From: Gordius albopunctatus
Taxonomy: Eukaryota
Reading direction: 5' to 3'
Assembly: GCA_964276515.1 (NCBI GenBank)
Contig: OZ193909.1
Coordinates: 18,290,001-18,354,000 of the forward strand
Length of the DNA: 64,000 nucleotides
Shown here: in pieces, positions 11,198 to 23,400 of the stretch
How the letters are laid out: each line of letters starts with the position of its first letter
Position numbering within the stretch: position 1 is the stretch's first letter
Position numbers and translations under genes: made by a program
The notes under the pieces: generated by a model
Database searches by the model: none
What the model saw: the letters and a program-made list of their open reading frames with translations, nothing else
Told to the model about the DNA's origin: nothing

Positions 11198-14100
11198 TTT
11201 TTTAAGCTTTTTTTTAAATATAAATCTTTATTAGATGAAGTCTATATATAATAAAAATATAAAACACGATCAATAAATAGATAAAAGGCGTGGCTACTCT
11301 TCATCCTCATCGAAGGCCAGAAGCCAGGTGTCGGAAAATGCCTTATAGTTGTATTTGGTAGAGCTGTTAAGAACTAGTTCATTTTGAACTAGTTCATCGA
11401 ACTAGTTCACTTTTGTCTGAACTTCGAACTGAACTAGTTACCTTTCCAAAAATTGAACTATGAACTTGAACTAGTTCCTTTTTTTTAAAGTTGAACTTGA
11501 ACTTGAACTAGTTACTTTTTTAGTATTCTGAACTTGAACTTTACAATATAAATTAACTAGTTCATCGCACAAATTATTATTTAAAATGAATTTATAAGCC
11601 GAGTTTGATTGTTTTATAAACAAGACGATTTATTAAACGCGCCTTTAAATATTTATAGAAAACTGCAATCGAACCTGTATTATTGTCAGTAAGAATCATT
11701 TGTTTAATTGGGATTTATTTTTAAAGATGGAAATTGATAGTGGTTCTACTTCTAATATATCTTCCGAAGTGGATAGTGTGAATGATGCAGCATGTTCTGA
11801 TCTACCCAACTCTTTACCTTGGCCTTCGATGGAAGATTATTTTAAATTCGTATCGTCTAATAAAAATTCAATCAAGGCCAGGTGTAAATTGTGTGTAGGT
11901 AAGAAGATTATTGCTGCATCAACAACATCAACAGCCAATCTATGGAGACATATAAAGGTAATAATTAATGAATGAGTATTCGTATAAATAATATTCTAAA
12001 ATTAGGTTTCTCATTCTCGTAAAGTTGATGAAATAAAAAGTGCAATTAAAAATAAACCTTGGAATTCTTGTGACCTTAAAAAGGAAAAATTTAAACAGAT
12101 GGTTCTAGACCGCCCTATGGATAAACAGTCCACCCAAATGGCAATTATAAAATATATTATAAATGCCAATCAGCCATTTTCATTATGCGATGATCAACAT
12201 TTCAATGAATTATTGAGGACATTCAATCCCAAAATCAAAACCATATGTAGGCAAACCCTCACAGGAAGGGTAATGAAATTAGCTGGAAGAATGAAAGACA
12301 TTCTTAGAACAAAATTGTTGGCCCCCAAATATGTCAGTACTAGAATTGTATAATTGCTGATTGAACTTACATTAAAAAACTAATTTTGGATAAGATAAAA
12401 CGTTTTTCAACTGGATTAAATTTCTATAATATTAAAAAAATGAACTGAACTATGAACCGAACTTGTACTAGTTCATTTTGTAAAATTTGAACTAAGAACT
12501 GAACTAGTTCGTTTTTTTTTGGATGAACTTTAACTTGAACTAGTTACTTTTAAAAAAATATGAACTTGAACTAATTTATTTTTGCAAATTGAACTATGAA
12601 CTTGAACTAGTTCATATCTAAGATGAACTTTAACAGCTCTAGTATTTGGCTATTAAAATTCCTATTTTTTGGCGCAAAAGAAGGCTTGCGGAGTATTTTC
12701 CTTCGGGAGATCTCTTTCCTATCAATTTAAAAAAGGCTAATGACTGTTTGCCAAAAGTAGCGGAACAGGAAGCCACGATAGGGATAAAAATTTTAGAAGG
12801 GATTATATCACGGTATTTATTGGTTTTGCGTGTTTCCGCTAGAGCTAGTGGGTCAGCTTAATTGTTAGAGGGTGCAAATACGTTGATGCAGGTAAAGTCC
12901 CAAGATAGGAACTTACCATCATCCCATGGAATTGTGGATGTTCCATCGGGGCGCATTCTACTCTCAAGAGTGGGTTCTGATGGTTCGAGAATAGAAGGGA
13001 AGCCGGCTTTTAGTAAAGCGGTTTGAATCAAAAGATTGATCTTTTGATGGCGAATGAAACGGAATTTGTTGAGTTTACAATGTAAGGGGTGATGGGCCCA
13101 AACATCAATTTGTTTCTTACAATTTTTACAAGTCAATTGCTTGCAAATTGGGATCCCCAGTCTCAAGGCGATCGCGTAAGTAATTTCGGGGTTTGAGAGT
13201 AAGAGCCCAGAGAACTTGCTCGGAATGCATTCCAGCCGTTCGTGACCAGAGTCAGTCGTTAGTGACCTGAGATTGAAGTGCTGTACGTCGTCACAACTCG
13301 AAAGTAGGTAAGCGACGGAGCGTGACACTATACTGGCTGGCATCCCAGTCTCGTTGTTTGACTGAATTTGGAATAATGGTTCCTGGCATTACATTTTCAA
13401 GCCATGATGTTAAAGCTGTTTGCGTTAAGAAATCTTCCGTATGGGTCGTCAATTTAAAAACGAGATCTTTCACTAAATTGTAAGACGAGAGAAAGGCAAC
13501 TAGGCTAATGGTCAAGGGTGACCTTATTCCTAATCCTCCAAATTTAGTTGGAAGAGTGGCTTGTAACCAGCTAGTATCATTGAAAGATAAGTTTAGAATT
13601 TTTTCTAGGAGATTTTTAATTGTGGATTCGTATAATTTAAGGATATCTGTGTGTAAAAAAGCAGCAGCTGATCGAAAACAATGCTGAATCTTGGAAATAT
13701 TAAAAAAGTTTTTTATCATAAAAAAAGCGTGATGTATTGGTAACAATTTTAAAAGTTCCATTTTTGAGGCCAAAAAGGCTAAATGTTTATTTAAAAAGTC
13801 TTGCAAGCACGGAGATCCGCCTATGGGTGAACCGAGCATAGAAAGGTTTTCCTTAGCCACGGTGGAATAAGGTTTAAAAATCGGGTATTGGTCACAAGCA
13901 GGTGGTTGTAAAATTTCGCATTTGGCCTCGTTGAGCGTTAGGTTTAAGGGTACACATAAGTCTTTAATGATGGTGATGGCTTTGGCAACCTGATCATAGC
14001 TGCCCGCCAGAGTCGCATCATCTAGGTACCATACATGTAATGATAGATCGCATTGTTCCTTAATTAGGTTAATAAGTTTCTTTATCCCGCAACAAAATAA

Positions 14101-14560
14101 TGGTGGCCCAAGGGGATCACCTTGTTGAAGGCCCTGAGCAGATTTGATTATAAAGGAGCCAAAATTTAAAAGGGATGGTGAGCCGTAGCTTTGTAAGATA
14201 TAATTTGCATATTGGGGAAACTCTTCCAAAAAACTTTCCATAAAAACGTTTCTATTAAGCTGATTGAAGGCATTTGAGAAATCCAGTTTTATTAGACAGT
14301 GGTCGGGATGAAGGTTTTGTATTGTGATACGACCTGCGTGGCTTGCAGCTTCACACCCAAGCCTAATTAATGAGGTAAAAGGGAATTGGTCAAAGAGGAT
14401 TTGATTCGTTTGCAAATTATTTTAGAGATTAAACGGCGAAATACGCTCCCAACGGCGATGGGTCTCAAGGAATTGTTAGGTTTTTTTAAAGCTAAAAGAC
14501 GTGCCCCCAAGAGGACTGGTCTGATCTCTTGAGGAACATTGACATTTACAATTAAGTTAC
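11198..14560 (-). mobile_element. CRE-clade non-LTR retrotransposon (RT, zinc knuckle, REL endonuclease), 5'-truncated and frameshifted
   Basis: LRPIAVG, IKLDFSNAFN, QQGDPLGP, WYLDD, WLQATLP..GGLG, CKNC..HPLHC, RPDG..PW..WDFT; ORF resumes beyond the hAT insertion (AKY|NYKAF...DEDEE*, stop 11294-11296), followed by AATAAA and A-rich tail near 11198-11232. Confidence 0.92.
11359..12641 (+). mobile_element. hAT transposon with BED zinc finger, internally deleted, inserted in the CRE element
   Basis: 12-bp TIR TAGAGCTGTTAA/TTAACAGCTCTA; exact TSD GTATTTGG (11351-11358, 12642-12649); BED finger ARCKLC...STANLWRHIK, then QPFSLCDDQHF. Confidence 0.96.
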
Positions 14561-15096
14561 TGTTAAGGAGTGATATTTATTCACGTAAACTATTAGGAGT
14601 GTGATACAAAAACACGACGACAAAACAAGTGTCTTGGCGTATATATCCAACGCCTTTATATGTTACAACCAATTAACGCTAATTTGATCGCCAACGCGCG
14701 TGTAAATAACATCAACACGCAGGTAACTATCGTATCCCTGGAGGCACTTTACCTCTCTACAGTTCCCCCCTTTTCACAAAGATAAGGCCTTAGGTAGCCT
14801 AGGGCCTGGGGGGTACACTCTTACCTGATAAAGGGCATCTAAATGTTGTGGGGCCATGTAATAAAAAGCAATTATTTTTGTTTATAGATATTTTCCTATT
14901 GCAGGAGGGACAGAGAGCTTTGATTAATGTCATAGTGATAATTTAGGTTATAAGGTGAAGAGTCTTACAGAGGATTTAATAAATCACTTTCTCTTTTCAG
15001 CATTTTAAGGAAACTTTTGTTTGAAATAAATGAATGTTCATAATTGGTTAAAGGTTCAAAGGATTCATCAAAGGTCATATTAAAACTTGTAAGGTA
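14561..15096 (-). mobile_element. 3' end of an LTR retrotransposon (201-bp LTR 14561-14761, PPT, internal remnant)
   Basis: Minus strand: PPT GAAAAGGGGGGAAC followed by TGTAGAG...TTAACA, with TATA-like and AATAAA motifs inside. Confidence 0.7.
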
Positions 15097-15539
15097 TTAT
15101 TAGACACAAATCATTGAATTATTTTCTAGACCTGCTTGCTATTTGATTAATCATATTCAGTTGTTTTGCTGAGGTGATTCTATTAAAAGTCAAACTTTGA
15201 GCTTTAGAAACGTTGTTAGTTTTATTTAATAAGAAATTTTGTAGATCATATAAAAAAGCATCTGTATTTAAATATTGCCTTTTTATAAGCAAATGAGCAT
15301 ATGTGTAAAACATTGCTATGCTATAACCCTGATCTGGGTAGCTTTCCAGATGCAGACAAAGGTCCCGCGCCTAATGACCATTTGCGATAAAGATAAGGAA
15401 AAAATTTATGATTAATATATCAATCTTATTATATTATTAAAACTATATAACAAATCGAATATTTAATAAATATTTATCAAATATATTATTTATGGCTTAG
15501 ATGTGCTATTAATCCAAATGCTTGCACTGGGAGACCTTT
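15097..15539 (+). pseudogene. Inverted fragment of the ADAMTS-like gene (disintegrin-like exons with introns)
   Basis: Reverse complement of 21278-21722, with a frameshift in the GT(I)CG codons, GT donor changed to GA, and in-frame TAA in the next exon. Confidence 0.92.
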
Positions 15540-15610
15540 TTGGTATTCTGCGATACCAACTGATAAAAAGGATATAGCAATTTATTCCAGGCAGCAAGGC
15601 TTTTATTTCT

Positions 15611-18010
15611 TGTAGGAGTAAAATGTTTCACGAGTAAAAATTACATGACTGATTATCTTTTTGTACACATAACGTTTATATAATTTATAAGGTGCATAAT
15701 CATCATTATTGGAAAAATCGATAATGTTCATGGAAGATTTAATTCATCGATGCTCTTCCATGAAGATCGATTATTTTCTGGGAATTGACGGTAGTGACGT
15801 CAATGATAATGTTCATGGAAGATTTAATTCATCGATGCGCTTCCATGAAGAACGATTATTTTCTGGGAATTGACGACGTCACTACAGATACTCTCTTCCC
15901 ACATATATTGATAATGTATCGATAAAAAAAATATATATATATAAATCATGTGCAATATTCGCGAAATTTCTTCGGCCAATGAACATGTCTACCCTTTCGT
16001 GTCACTATCTTTGTTTAACCTCTTCGGCTCCATCTGTTGATGGTGTTTGTGTTTTGTTGTTGCCAGAGAGGGGTGGGTCATCTGTATTAAAATAACTCGG
16101 TTTCAGACGGTCTATCGAAACCGAATCCTTCTTGCCATTCTTCTCGATGATAAAATACTTGTGCTCGCGTTTCAAAACTTTGTAGGGGCCGTCGTAAGGT
16201 GCAGAGAGTGGCTTTCGAACCGCGTCGTTTCTCACGAAGACATGGAATGTTTCAAACAAATCGCGGCTAATTTGTTCTTTAGTTGTTCCGTGCCGTTTGG
16301 GTATAGGATATGGGATTTTTTTCATTATTTGTTTAAGTTTCTCTACGAAATGATTTACCTGTATCTTCGAGGGTTGCAGGGATTCAAGTTGTGAAAAATA
16401 TTCTCCGGGGAGTCGTAGATTAGTTCCATAAATCATTTCTGCTGCTGTTAGACCTATATCTTCTTTAATTGTAGAACGTATACCAAGCAGTACCAATGGT
16501 AGGGCTTTGTCCCATTTAATCTGCCCCATGGCCTTTAAAGAAGCTTTAAGTTGTCTATGAAATCTTTCGACTAGTCCATTAGCTGATGGATGATATGCTG
16601 TGGTGTTAATGTGCTCACATCCTAGAATGTTAGATAATTCTTTGAATAGGTTAGACTGGAATTGGGAGCTTCTGTCTGTAGTGATCGTACTAGGGACTCC
16701 ATAATTAGCAATTTTCCTGCTATTACCTGTTGCAAGACAGCACCCACTGCGGAATCTGAGGCGTCAGTGGTTAAGGTTATTTGGATATTAGGTCCCGTAT
16801 CCAAAAAGGTTAAAGCAGTAAAATTACAAAGCGCAGCTTTTGCTCTTTGAAATGCTTTTACCTGATCCTCGTTTAAGAATATTGTCTTCTGTGGATTTTT
16901 TAACAGATCCGTCAAAGGTTGCAGAATGCGGGAAATTCCCGGCAAAAATCTTCGATAAAAGTTGATCATCCCCAAGAATCTCCTAAGTTTTTTATTTGAA
17001 CCCGGTATTGGAAAATCGCGAATGGCTTCAATCCTCTCTGCTAAAGGAGTGATACCTGCGGCGGTTATTTTGTGTCCCAGGAATTCTAGTTTACGAACTC
17101 CAAATTTGCATTTTAAAGGATTAATTCTAAGGTTAAAATCATGCAAACGCTGTAGGACGGCTTTGAGATGATTTTTGTGTTCGTTTTCGGATGAACTGGT
17201 TATAAGGATGTCGTCAATGTAAGCGTATGTGCCGTCGAGACCTCGTAGAACTTCATCGATAAATCTTTGGAACGTTTGGGCTGCGTTTTTAAGGCCAAAT
17301 GGCATCCTACGGAATTCATAAAGACCGAATGGTGTAGTAACTGCGGTCTTGCAGATGTCTTCGTCGGCCATTGGTATATGATGATAAGCCCTTACCAAAT
17401 CCAATTTACTAAAAATGGTTTTTCCGCATAAATTAGCCGTAAAATCATGAATATGTGGAATAGGGTACCGATCGGGAGTAGTTACTCTATTTAGACTCCT
17501 GTAGTCCCCACATGGTCTCCAATCTCCTGATTTTTTAATGGCTAGATGCAACGGTGATGCCCAGCTGCTTTCCGATTTTTGAATGATTCCTAACTCGAGC
17601 ATGAATTCAAATTCTTTTTTGGCAGCTTCCAGCTTGTCCGCTGCCAAACGCCTTGGCCTTGAATGTTGTGCCGGTCCCATTGTTGAGATATGATGACTTA
17701 TGTGGTGGTTGGGTAATTGGCAATTGAAATCGGCCGGTGCTATAAGTCGTGGGAATTCTTTTATTATCAGATCAAAATCGGAATGAGGTTGTATATATCC
17801 TACACGAATTCCTGATGTATGATGGGGGGATGTTTGGCCTCTTGACGTTAGTTGAGTCGTTCCGTCAATCAACCTTTTGTTTTTAATATCTACAATTATA
17901 TTGTACCTGTGTAAAAAGTCCGCCCCGATAATAGGTGAGTAAACATCAGCGACTAGAAATATACATTGAAGTTCGCGTCTCAAACAAAGTCCAAATTTAG
18001 CAACTTTTGT
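15611..18010 (-). mobile_element. Ty3/Gypsy LTR retrotransposon remnant (partial protease, RT, partial RNase H, partial integrase, 3' LTR)
   Basis: [40 protein letters not shown], then integrase [15 protein letters not shown]...[22 protein letters not shown] next to LTR TGTAG...CTACA (15611-15886) containing an 85-bp tandem duplication. Confidence 0.93.
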
Positions 18011-18820
18011 TTTAGTGAAAGGAGGTTGTTCAAGTTTATCATAGATTTTTTCACAATAATTTTTAGCAGAATCTAAATGAATGTTAGTAAATAATGACTG
18101 AATATCAAAGCTTACAAGTGAAAATGAAGTCGGTAAACTACAGTGTTTCAATCGATTAATTAGATCTAAAGAGTTTTTTTAAATTAATGGTGAAGATACA
18201 CGTGGTTGCAATATTGATATAAGGTACATGTTTAGATTAAAATTGTGGGAGTTATAAGATGACACAATTGGTCTTAATAGAATTAAAGGTTTATGAATTT
18301 TGCGTAACCCATAAATTTGAGGAGTGCGAGATGTGGACGGTCTTAACTTCCAGTATAACGAAGTGCTGATTTGGTTATCTTTTGAAAGATTTAATAAAAA
18401 AGTTTGTAACTTTTTTTCCCTAGCATTAGTAGGGTTTCTTTTCAATTCTTTAAATAAAGTATTATCTTTTAAAATATCAAATATTTTTTTGTTATAATCA
18501 TCTGTGTTCAGAACTACTAGTTGACCGCCTTTGTCTGATTTACAAATTCTTATATTAACTTTAGATTTCAATCACTTAACAACTGAAAAAACTTCCTGAT
18601 CTTTAATTAATTTCGATTTGTTAACTTTCAACGGGCAGTTATTATTTAAGGTGTTAGATAAAAAAGATTCTATTGAGTTTTTTAAATGTAAATTGTCTGG
18701 ATGTTGTTTGTCTATAGTGGTTAGAATGTTATTAAAGCTGTTCAATGTAGGTAGTAATTTGAGTTTATTGTTGTCAAGAAAGAATTTAGATCCAATATTA
18801 AGCAAATTGATAATGCTGGT
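18011..18820 (-). mobile_element. Penelope-like retroelement RT, N-terminal fragment
   Basis: [44 protein letters not shown]; stop at ~18572 and a frameshift at ~18175. Confidence 0.88.
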
Positions 18821-19012
18821 TTATTCACATACACACACCTACCCCTATAATTACCTGTTACCATTATACACACCATATTGCCTTTTTTCTTTACCCTATT
18901 GTTTCGTAACCACCTTGTTTACTACTTATGCCTTATTTTATAATTGCCATTGTTAATACTATTCTTATAATGGCTATTCGTTCATTTTTATAATTCCTTT
19001 TGTATTTTACCT

Positions 19013-19232
19013 TATCCTTTATCTTAAAGTTGTTTACCCCACTATATCCTTTATCTTAAAGTTGTTTACCCCACTATATCCTTTATCTTAAAGTTGTTTA
19101 CCCCACTATATCCTTTATCTTAAAGTTGTTTACCCCACTATATCCTTTATCTTAAAGTTGTTTACCCCACTATATCCTTTATCTTAAAGTTGTTTACCCC
19201 ACTATATACTTTATCTTAAAGTTGTTTTTCCA
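19013..19232 (+). repeat. 32-bp minisatellite, 7 copies
   Basis: ATCTTAAAGTTGTTTACCCCACTATATCCTTT at 19021, 19053, 19085, 19117, 19149, 19181, 19213 (last degenerate). Confidence 0.95.
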
Positions 19233-20063
19233 CGCTATTTCAATAAGTGATAACTCTCTTGTTCCAACCAGTGTTCGCTATTATTCACCCTCCTGTTTCA
19301 ACTGGTTTTTATTACTTTTGTTTTTGTAATAACTAAAAAAGTTTCAAAGTTATAATCAATGTTAATTAGTTATTATTAAACCCAAAAGATAATGATTATT
19401 AAGGATTAAGGCTTACGTTATTAGGATTAAATTTATGGATATTTGTTCTTACCATATCTTTAATTTATTACTTCCGAATTTATCCTTTATTTATGTATAA
19501 TAATGCCCAAGAATCCGCGCGAATTAACAGCGAAGGTAATTATATATATTCGAAAAAAAGAATAAGAATATTAATTCTAACAAAGAAATATATGCGGATT
19601 GATATCTATCGTGTGATGTATTACTCCGCGTTTACAAATAAATACGAGCTAAATAATGATGGGAATACTCGTATTAGAATCTCACTATAATATATCGCGT
19701 AGAGAGCAATAGGGGGAGAGGGACTACGCGTATACATTAAGATGCGTATACTTTAATAAATAAGAGAGAGATAATGTGGGGGTTTTGTGTGTGTGGGTTC
19801 ACAGAATAAATGCCCTGTACGCTCCTTCAAGCATAATTGCCTTGCCCGCGCAGCTGGTCTTGCTACGCGTAATTAATCGTGGAGGTAGATTAGGGTGGAG
19901 GGAAGGAAATACTCATGTAGTAAGACTACAACAGTTTATAAATTAAATCTTGTCAAAACCTTATATATACCTTCATTTGTAATTTCTCTTCTCTTTTTAA
20001 TTTAATTTCATCATCGGTTTCTTATTTGTAATTCACCTCACTTGTAATCTACTTTTTTTTAAA

Positions 20064-20100
20064 TTATTGATAATGGTTGCTGGACGACCGAAATATCTAA
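20064..20100 (+). ncRNA. Candidate minimal type I hammerhead ribozyme (U3-A8 variant)
   Basis: TTA-TTGATAA-T-GGTTG-ctgga-CGACC-GAAA-TATC-TAA; helix II pairs, 3-bp helix I; near a Penelope-like remnant. Confidence 0.35.
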
Positions 20101-20494
20101 ACCCATTTCCACCCTCTCATTTTATTATTTCATCATTACCATTATTGGAAACAAATTCTATATTATTCAAAAAATTGGTATTACATAATTATATTTAGTA
20201 TACAATGTTTATTGATCTTTATTGAAATCGTTAGATGTATTAAATTCATATATATAAACAATCTTTTTGCCACGATTCCATATTAAATGTATATATATTA
20301 TAAATTTGATTGTATAAAACGCTTATAAAATATTCGTCATTTGCAAAACATGCAGAAAAGTTATAAAAAATTTTGGTAGACAACGTATATAAAATATGAT
20401 GATCTATTTTATAAGTCTAATAAAGTTTTTCTATTTTTAGATGAGAAGTCGTACGATTCTAATTTTAAAATAATTATTTAAATCGATAAGTAGT

Positions 20495-23400
20495 TTATAT
20501 ATGCGTCAGGAAGTTCCGACAAGCTTTATCAACACATATGATAATGCCCCCTCTCTGTGAATTTGAAACACATACCATATTGAGATTTCTAGGGCGTTTG
20601 CTTAATCTTAAAACTTGACATCTTTCATCTATATTATAAATGTATGGTTTAATCTTTTTTTCAAATAATCTAAATACCTTTCATCCCTATGAAGTATCTA
20701 TTGGATTCATCATAAGTGTAGAATTGATTGGGTAGTACAGATCGACAATTCTATAATAAATGAAGGTGTAAAAATTTTTATTGTTATCTTTAGATAAAAA
20801 TGCTGTGGGCCCATTATAAAAACTTATTTGATGATATATCTAAAAAACAATTGTATATAACGTATATTTATTTGTTCCATGTAACAACATAACTATTGGC
20901 AACAATTGAAAAATACAGAAATTTTAATAAAGTTTGATTTTAACAAAAGCTGGACTTACTATCATATTTGCGCATGTGTCAACGTCCACCGAGCTGCATA
21001 AAACATAAATAATAAGAAATTTAAGAGAAAAAACGGATAAAAATTTATTATTAACAAAATAAAATTGACATTTGCAAAGAGAGAAGCATAAGATACACGA
21101 GTTGTCTTACCTAAGTTGCAGGTTCAAATTTAATCCGTTTGATAAGCAGTACTGTAAACACCGTTTGTGAGTATTTGAAAAACTGGTAGTATGGCTACCT
21201 ATTAATTTGTTTGAGGAAGTAGCGATATTTTTATTGTTGTAGGGGGAAGAATGTAAATTCTGAGTTGTTAGTTGATCAAAGGTCTCCCAGTGCAAGCATT
21301 TTGATTGATAGCACATCTAAGCCATAAATAATAAATTTGATAAATATTTATTAAATATTCGATTTGTTATATAGTTTTAATAATGTAATAAGATTGATAT
21401 ATTAATCATAAATTTTTACCTTATCTTTACCGCAAATGGTACCATTAGGCGCGGGACCTTTGTCTGCATCTGGAAAGCTACCCACATCAGGGTTATAGCA
21501 TAGCAATATTTTACACATATGCTCATTTGGCTATAAAAATGCAATATTTAAATACAGATGCTTTTTTATATGATCTACGAAATTTATTATTAAATAAAAG
21601 TAACAATGTTTCTAAAGCTCAAAGTTTGACTTTTAATAGAATCACCTCAGCAAAACAACTAAATATGATTAATAAAATAGCAAGTAGGTCTAGAAAATAA
21701 TTCAATGATTTGTGTCTAATAAATTTGCTTGCTAAAAATTTCACTTGAAATTGCAGTTACATAAGCTAATATATTATTAATTTTTCTTTAGACTAAAAAC
21801 AAGCATAAAATTGCATATTATACTTGCCGAGAATAGCTTCGATAATCAGATCCAAAACGGATTTGGCAAGCTGAATCTGGATGCAAGTTATAATAGTGTT
21901 CATACAAAGTAGCATCCACTTTGGGAGGAGCTTCAAGTCTATAAGCATTCATATAATAGCTTCTATAACGATTGTTGCGAGATATGTTTACGCTGTTTGA
22001 AACATCATCATTTCTTATCAAACATCGTACGTTGTCTCTAATAAATTATATTTAATAAGCTTCTATATAGGATAAACATGTAAAAACCTATAAAATAAGT
22101 TGTTTATTACTCATTCTCTGTTACCCAGTATCAAACATAAGATTTACATGGTGTAAACAAATAATCTATAATATTGTAATGCCATATAACTATCTGCCGC
22201 AGGCGAACTATGCCAAACTTTAACCAAACACGTTTTAAAGTAAGTCATACTATTCAATAATGTGTTTCAATAAATCTAGAGCTTTTTAACGTTCGCAAAA
22301 GCTCTTCGGTGTATCCTATTTATACAGACATAGATTTATCAACAATTGAATGCAAAAATATAGTGCAAAATTAATAATTCGTAATTTCTATTTTGTTATA
22401 TTTTTAATAACGTGTTTTATCTTTGTTATTTAATGCCTAAAGTAATATTATAAATCAAATAAAGTCATAGCCTATCGCAATGAATCTCTTATACGCGTTT
22501 GCGTAAACCTCTTCTTCTTATCAAAAACATTAGAGTTCATACTGCGTACGCGCTGTTTACTAACACATATCTCTCTCCCTTCACCTACTCTCCTCTCTTT
22601 CTCCTCCACTCACGCCCCCTTCATGTGTGCTTGGATAGATATGGGGGCGGGAGTGGAAGAGATGGAGAAGGGAGAGAGAGATGTGTTAGTAAACAGCGCG
22701 TGTGTAGTATGCACTCTAATGTATTCCTTTTTCCAGACATAGTGGGACGAATTTTGATAAGGGGAAGGGGTTCACAAAGACGCAAATAAAGTTAAATATA
22801 GAGGTGTAACAAAAAAATAAATTAATGTACCTATAGATGAAATTTTAATCTACATGAATATATTACTATTTTTCACTAAATATTAAAAATACCGTGGCAA
22901 TATAGCCTCAAAAAGGCTTAAAAAGGGCATTTTTGGCACCTTCAACCTCGTATATCTAAAAAACTGGTAATTGTAGAAAAAAACTAAAAACAGATTATTT
23001 TTCAGTGCAAAATTTTCTATCAGAATTATTGGTCGGATTGCGGGATGTAATCACAAAGACAATATTTGTAGAGCTGTGTTATTAACTTCATTTAGAACCG
23101 ACCTAAATTTAAGCCTTCTGGGGAACCATATAGGGACATGCTATTTAATAAATATATACCGCAAAGCAAATTATTCATAATTATTGAATCAAAAGAGATA
23201 CAAATAAAAAGTTATTATACATTGAGTTGGCTAACAATTCGCGACTACATGCAGACCACTTTTTTTGACCTCCGTAGGCGGGTGCCATGAGGAAATTGTT
23301 GCCACGACATCTCCCATTTGCTCCGTCATGCGGTAAGCCAATGCTATCAGGAATCCAAAGTGAAATTAAAGTTGAAATAAACTTATGGTTAATTGATCAT

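Noticed and set aside
13291..14415. Bacterial RT system (retron, group II intron, DGR)
   Set aside because: Downstream zinc knuckle, REL endonuclease and poly(A) tail identify a non-LTR retrotransposon; frameshifted.
16047..17171. Plus-strand ORFs within the Gypsy region
   Set aside because: Antisense shadows of pol with no motifs.
19013..19232. CRISPR-like 32-bp periodicity near reverse transcriptases
   Set aside because: Pure tandem repeat without spacers.
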